A stretch of DNA of 64,000 nucleotides, from the IMG/VR virus record IMGVR_UViG_3300019487_000319; one strand, written 5' to 3'. Below are positions 62,001-64,000 of the stretch, one piece after another. Position 1 is the stretch's first letter; each line of letters opens with the position of its first letter. The translations under genes and the position numbers were made by a program. The notes below the pieces were generated by a model. The model had not been told where the DNA came from and did no database searches. It saw nothing but the letters and a program-made list of their open reading frames with translations. Source of the stretch: a virus.

Positions 62001-62759
62001 CCACACTGTTCCTGATGTGGCTGTTATATATCGGGAACCACTTTCCCCGAGTGCTAATCCAGTTTCCCAAGCAAATCTCCATGTTCGGATGAATCGTTTA
62101 TTGAGCTTATTTCCCATTCCGAATGCCAAATCATCAATGGTAATATATTCAAAAGAATTATAAATAGTTCTATTTATAGTTGCAACGGTAATGATATTTG
62201 TTCCTGTAATTCCTGCTCGATTATCCAGTATATCAAATCGGGGATTGCCGCTATTATAGTCCGCAACTATAAAATAGGTACTTCCTGTCATTGATGCGCT
62301 TAGGGATGCACTCTGAAGGAAATAATTCTTTAGAGTTCCATTCGCTGTAGGTGTGTCAAACAACTGAGCGGAAGCAGAAGATACTAAAATGATGTTACCT
62401 GTTAATTCAAGAGTTGGTTGGTTAGTTAATCCTGCATTAATCAATAATACCGGTCCAGGAATAATGTGAGAAGATGATAATGCATACGATGCCGACAACG
62501 ACGTAGGTGAAAACGTAGAGTATGATGATGAAATAGATAAACTTGATGTCGTGGAGAAACTAGATGATACAGAAATTAAAGTATTACTTGAAGTACCAAA
62601 AAGAGACGATGTTATAGATGTAGCATAAATATTTCTCCAATTTAGAGAAGAAGAACCAAAGTCAAAAGCATTATTAACCGTTGGTATCAAAGATCCCGAA
62701 CGGTTTAATACGTTCCTTTGTAAATTATCTCTATAAGATGCTGTATTTACATTCGACAT
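59061..62759 (-). CDS. large tail fibre protein with internal tandem and dispersed repeats
   Basis: 1232 aa and Ser/Thr/Asn/Gly-rich. The N-terminal FDFGSSSLNWRNIY motif is shared with the next fibre gene. Three tandem ~61-64-aa repeats are present. Confidence 0.65.
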   Translation of the reverse strand: MSNVNTASYRDNLQRNVLNRSGSLIPTVNNAFDFGSSSLNWRNIYATSITSSLFGTSSNTLISVSSSFSTTSSLSISSSYSTFSPTSLSASYALSSSHIIPGPVLLINAGLTNQPTLELTGNIILVSSASAQLFDTPTANGTLKNYFLQSASLSASMTGSTYFIVADYNSGNPRFDILDNRAGITGTNIITVATINRTIYNSFEYITIDDLAFGMGNKLNKRFIRTWRFAWETGLALGESGSRYITATSGTVWYGATSIDIASTNTFTTPYRFFFHVGGEWTSSLTTQYNNTQYDDGTNLVSLSGFGTRYAVNFVYRSVSSGDTYVVLGTGNYLLFQAVASQPPANLPNVLSPQTGLSILIGRIIVANGASSATEIDSTFVTLFTPSPASDHNALSNLQGGQVNEYYHLTSAEYTGVGTGVFVRQSGSLEGTASWANNSRNSISSSFLNGNATASIFGTSSNAVSSSYSLTASFALTSPSAGGGTTLFTGSTYQITSSWANNSISSSFLNGNATASLFGTASNAVSSSYALTASFALSSPSSEGGTTLFTGSTYQITSSWSNNSISSSFLNGNATASLFGTSSNAVSASYAVSSSKLTSDSNAFIQDGNSFGAAGILGTNDNNALQLEVNNTTAVTIQPTGSGWVGIGANPVANLYVSKVDTASIDAVSISNARTGSSGFSQGMSITVAPNSHGTRFVGAAIVSTISNNAAPSQYATAIDARSNIQGNQSASLMIGVQGITQIQNTGSATTAHGFSAQTNFIGSGSLGNLYHYYVDGRKFANYVSNSVGLFVQFNEANDTAYGIFLNPATASSTYGIWQEGTSDHNFFRGPITGTLFGTSSWSNNSVTSSYSISASKLTPDSNAFLQGGNSFGAAATMGTLDNNLLTFVANQNRWMSISSTGRISLGTLNPSTFFQVTMRNSQSSFPRTILVETDTSTNGTTGSYTDAIGAQIGCTVGLQNTVDITSDITALSLFTTLTGTTRVFPIVYGANSVMTLNQSCSVTSSVGYQTNMQGFITNNPFSSTIINAKGFNSIIRNVGSRGTIVSASGFFVETNVAHSASYGVYINRTSASNAAGQFGVYQLGTDNTNYFEGPIVGSASYCSLITCSSVTGSGTNYSLTQTSARVDFGQGDTDVLLPGAGTYEVTAMVQIVGTTSGDEVRAKLRNTTNNIDITVEPMANVPATNAKVYFYLSNVTTVTGSVSASIFARNVTAARGVVSSSLTSIKYIRLR
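60950..61465 (-). repeat. in-frame tandem repeat (~183-192 nt unit, about 2.7 copies) inside the tail-fibre gene
   Basis: The unit is SSWANNSISSSFLNGNATASLFGTxSNAVSSSYxLTASFALxSPSxxGGTTLFTGSTYQIT. The Trp codons at 61457, 61265 and 61082 are spaced 192 and 183 nt apart. Confidence 0.8.
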
Positions 62760-62776
62760 AGATGTTATAAAATGAT

Positions 62777-62789
62777 ATTAATATATAGG
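62777..62789 (-). promoter_or_regulatory. conserved box CCTATATATTAAT, 17 nt upstream of the tail-fibre ATG
   Basis: The plus strand reads attaatatatagg, identical to 43577-43589. Confidence 0.35.
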
Positions 62790-62807
62790 TAATTCCTAAA
62801 ACATTTA

Positions 62808-63737
62808 TTATGCTATTGAACAAGATCCCATAATATCATATACCAATATGGCACTAGGAATATCATAATTTCCAGAAAGAATAAATTGTAAACCAAAATT
62901 AGCACTTCCTGTAGCAACACCAGGGTCAAATATCTGTGATGAAATTGTCCGTCCACCAGCGTTATTATTAGTTTCATTTATAATAACGCCCGGTTGAGTA
63001 GAGGCAGTATCAAACGTTCCTTTCTGTAAAAGGAAATCAGCAACATATCCAATAGGTCCAACTCCCGGCCAAGCATTACCACAGATAGATAATTTTATAT
63101 AAGCACTTTGATTTGCTGCTAAACTAATCGTCAAAGCATTTGTATAAGATGATGTCGTTAAAGAAATTGTCTTAAATCCTCTTTGTGTATATTGATTGAA
63201 TAATACCGATGCTGTATTTGATAAATTAGAACTGCCAGCTGATGTAGCAAATAAAGCAAAACTTGAAGATAATGCATTTACTGAATGACTTGATGTTAGA
63301 GAATTAATTGCGTGACTTGCAGTTAAAGCATTTACCGCATGGCTAGAGGATAGAGACCCGATGGCATGAGACGCTGTGATTGCCCAACTTGCGGTAACTT
63401 GATAAGTTCCTGGAATAAGATAGGAAGCCGTATAAGCACTTGTTGCAAAGGATGACGATGTTGCGGTTTGGGAATGAACGGCATTACTTGCGGATTGTGC
63501 CCAACTTGAAGTAATAGCATACGTTCCTGGTATTAAATAAGATGCCGTGGCAGAAGTTGCAACACTTCCACTAATCTGTCCTGTTACAAAGACACTTTGA
63601 ACAAAAATATTTCTCCACTGCAAACTCGAAGTACCTAAATCATAAACTTGGTCTTGGGCCGGATTTAACGAACTCGAAAATCTCGACGAAGAAAGTGGTA
63701 TGTTATTTGAAAAAATTGGTCGATTTACATTTGCCAT
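62808..63737 (-). CDS. tail fibre paralogue
   Basis: 309 aa. N-terminal motif YDLGTSSLQWRNIF and an internal duplication TASYLIPGTY(A/Q)(I/V)T(S/A)SWA. The C-terminal ~70 aa are homologous to the next ORF. Confidence 0.6.
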   Translation of the reverse strand: MANVNRPIFSNNIPLSSSRFSSSLNPAQDQVYDLGTSSLQWRNIFVQSVFVTGQISGSVATSATASYLIPGTYAITSSWAQSASNAVHSQTATSSSFATSAYTASYLIPGTYQVTASWAITASHAIGSLSSSHAVNALTASHAINSLTSSHSVNALSSSFALFATSAGSSNLSNTASVLFNQYTQRGFKTISLTTSSYTNALTISLAANQSAYIKLSICGNAWPGVGPIGYVADFLLQKGTFDTASTQPGVIINETNNNAGGRTISSQIFDPGVATGSANFGLQFILSGNYDIPSAILVYDIMGSCSIA

Positions 63738-63751
63738 ATTTAACCTTTATT

Positions 63752-64000
63752 TTATAAAATTGAATTAATTTCCCCTCTTATCTCATACGCTATTATAGCA
63801 TTATTGAAATTAAAATTACCCTCTACAATGTATTGAATAATAATATCCGCTGCACCAGCTACAGGTCCAGGGTCAACAATCTGTGATAAAATTCTTCTTG
63901 CACCTTTATTATTGTTATCTTCTCTAATAATTACGCCGGGTTGAGTTTCGGTATCTGTCAACGTTCCTTTCTGAAGGAAATATTCCGATACATAACCAAC
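63752..64000 (-). CDS. 3' part of a third tail-fibre paralogue (continues beyond the window)
   Basis: The frame is open to the window edge (VGYVSEYFLQKGTLTDTETQPGVIIRE...). This aligns with IGYVADFLLQKGTFDTASTQPGVIINE... of 62808-63737. The TTG start in the ORF track is an artefact. Confidence 0.55.
   Translation of the reverse strand, partial: VGYVSEYFLQKGTLTDTETQPGVIIREDNNNKGARRILSQIVDPGPVAGAADIIIQYIVEGNFNFNNAIIAYEIRGEINSIL

Overview
This window is a contiguous 64-kb piece of a large, visibly AT-rich tailed dsDNA phage genome with a contractile tail. I saw no rRNA, tRNA or CRISPR array. Almost all genes are on the minus strand. (i) 0.2-10.6 kb is a nucleotide-sugar and glycosyltransferase cluster: RmlA, RmlB, an RmlD-like reductase, a TylC3-type C-methyltransferase, two GT2s, a GT11 and a SAM methyltransferase. 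(ii) 10.6-21.8 kb holds two DUF4338 (Druantia DruA-type) genes flanking a T4 gp1-like dNMP kinase, a CobS/CobT-like AAA+/VWA pair, three tandem small genes sharing an N-terminal leader, and a Mom-like acyltransferase-fold gene. (iii) 21.8-34.1 kb is a T4-like replication and recombination module: a class II ribonucleotide reductase split by a 441-aa HNH intein, a DnaB/gp41-like helicase, RNase H/FEN, a UvsX/RecA-like recombinase, a gp32-like SSB and a short divergent family-A polymerase. (iv) 34-64 kb is the contractile-tail module: hub/baseplate proteins, a LysM-like protein, tape measure, a chaperone-like pair, tube, a 1056-aa sheath and three tail-fibre paralogues. It is interrupted by accessory genes, namely an sHSP, an NMNAT-like gene, a Nudix hydrolase, an isochorismatase-like gene, a HAD nucleotidase and an NTase+transglutaminase multidomain protein. 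At least five homing-endonuclease-type elements are present: the HNH intein, a GIY-YIG gene, a NUMOD3 gene and two Vsr-like genes. The best candidates for something undescribed are four Mom/DUF4338-type acyltransferase-fold domains (possible DNA-modification or anti-defence functions), a recurring h-x-E leader peptide on accessory proteins, the NAD-related accessory island that separates sheath from tube, and the virus-borne branched-deoxysugar glycosylation cluster. All functional calls rest on motifs read by eye from the translations. No database search was run.
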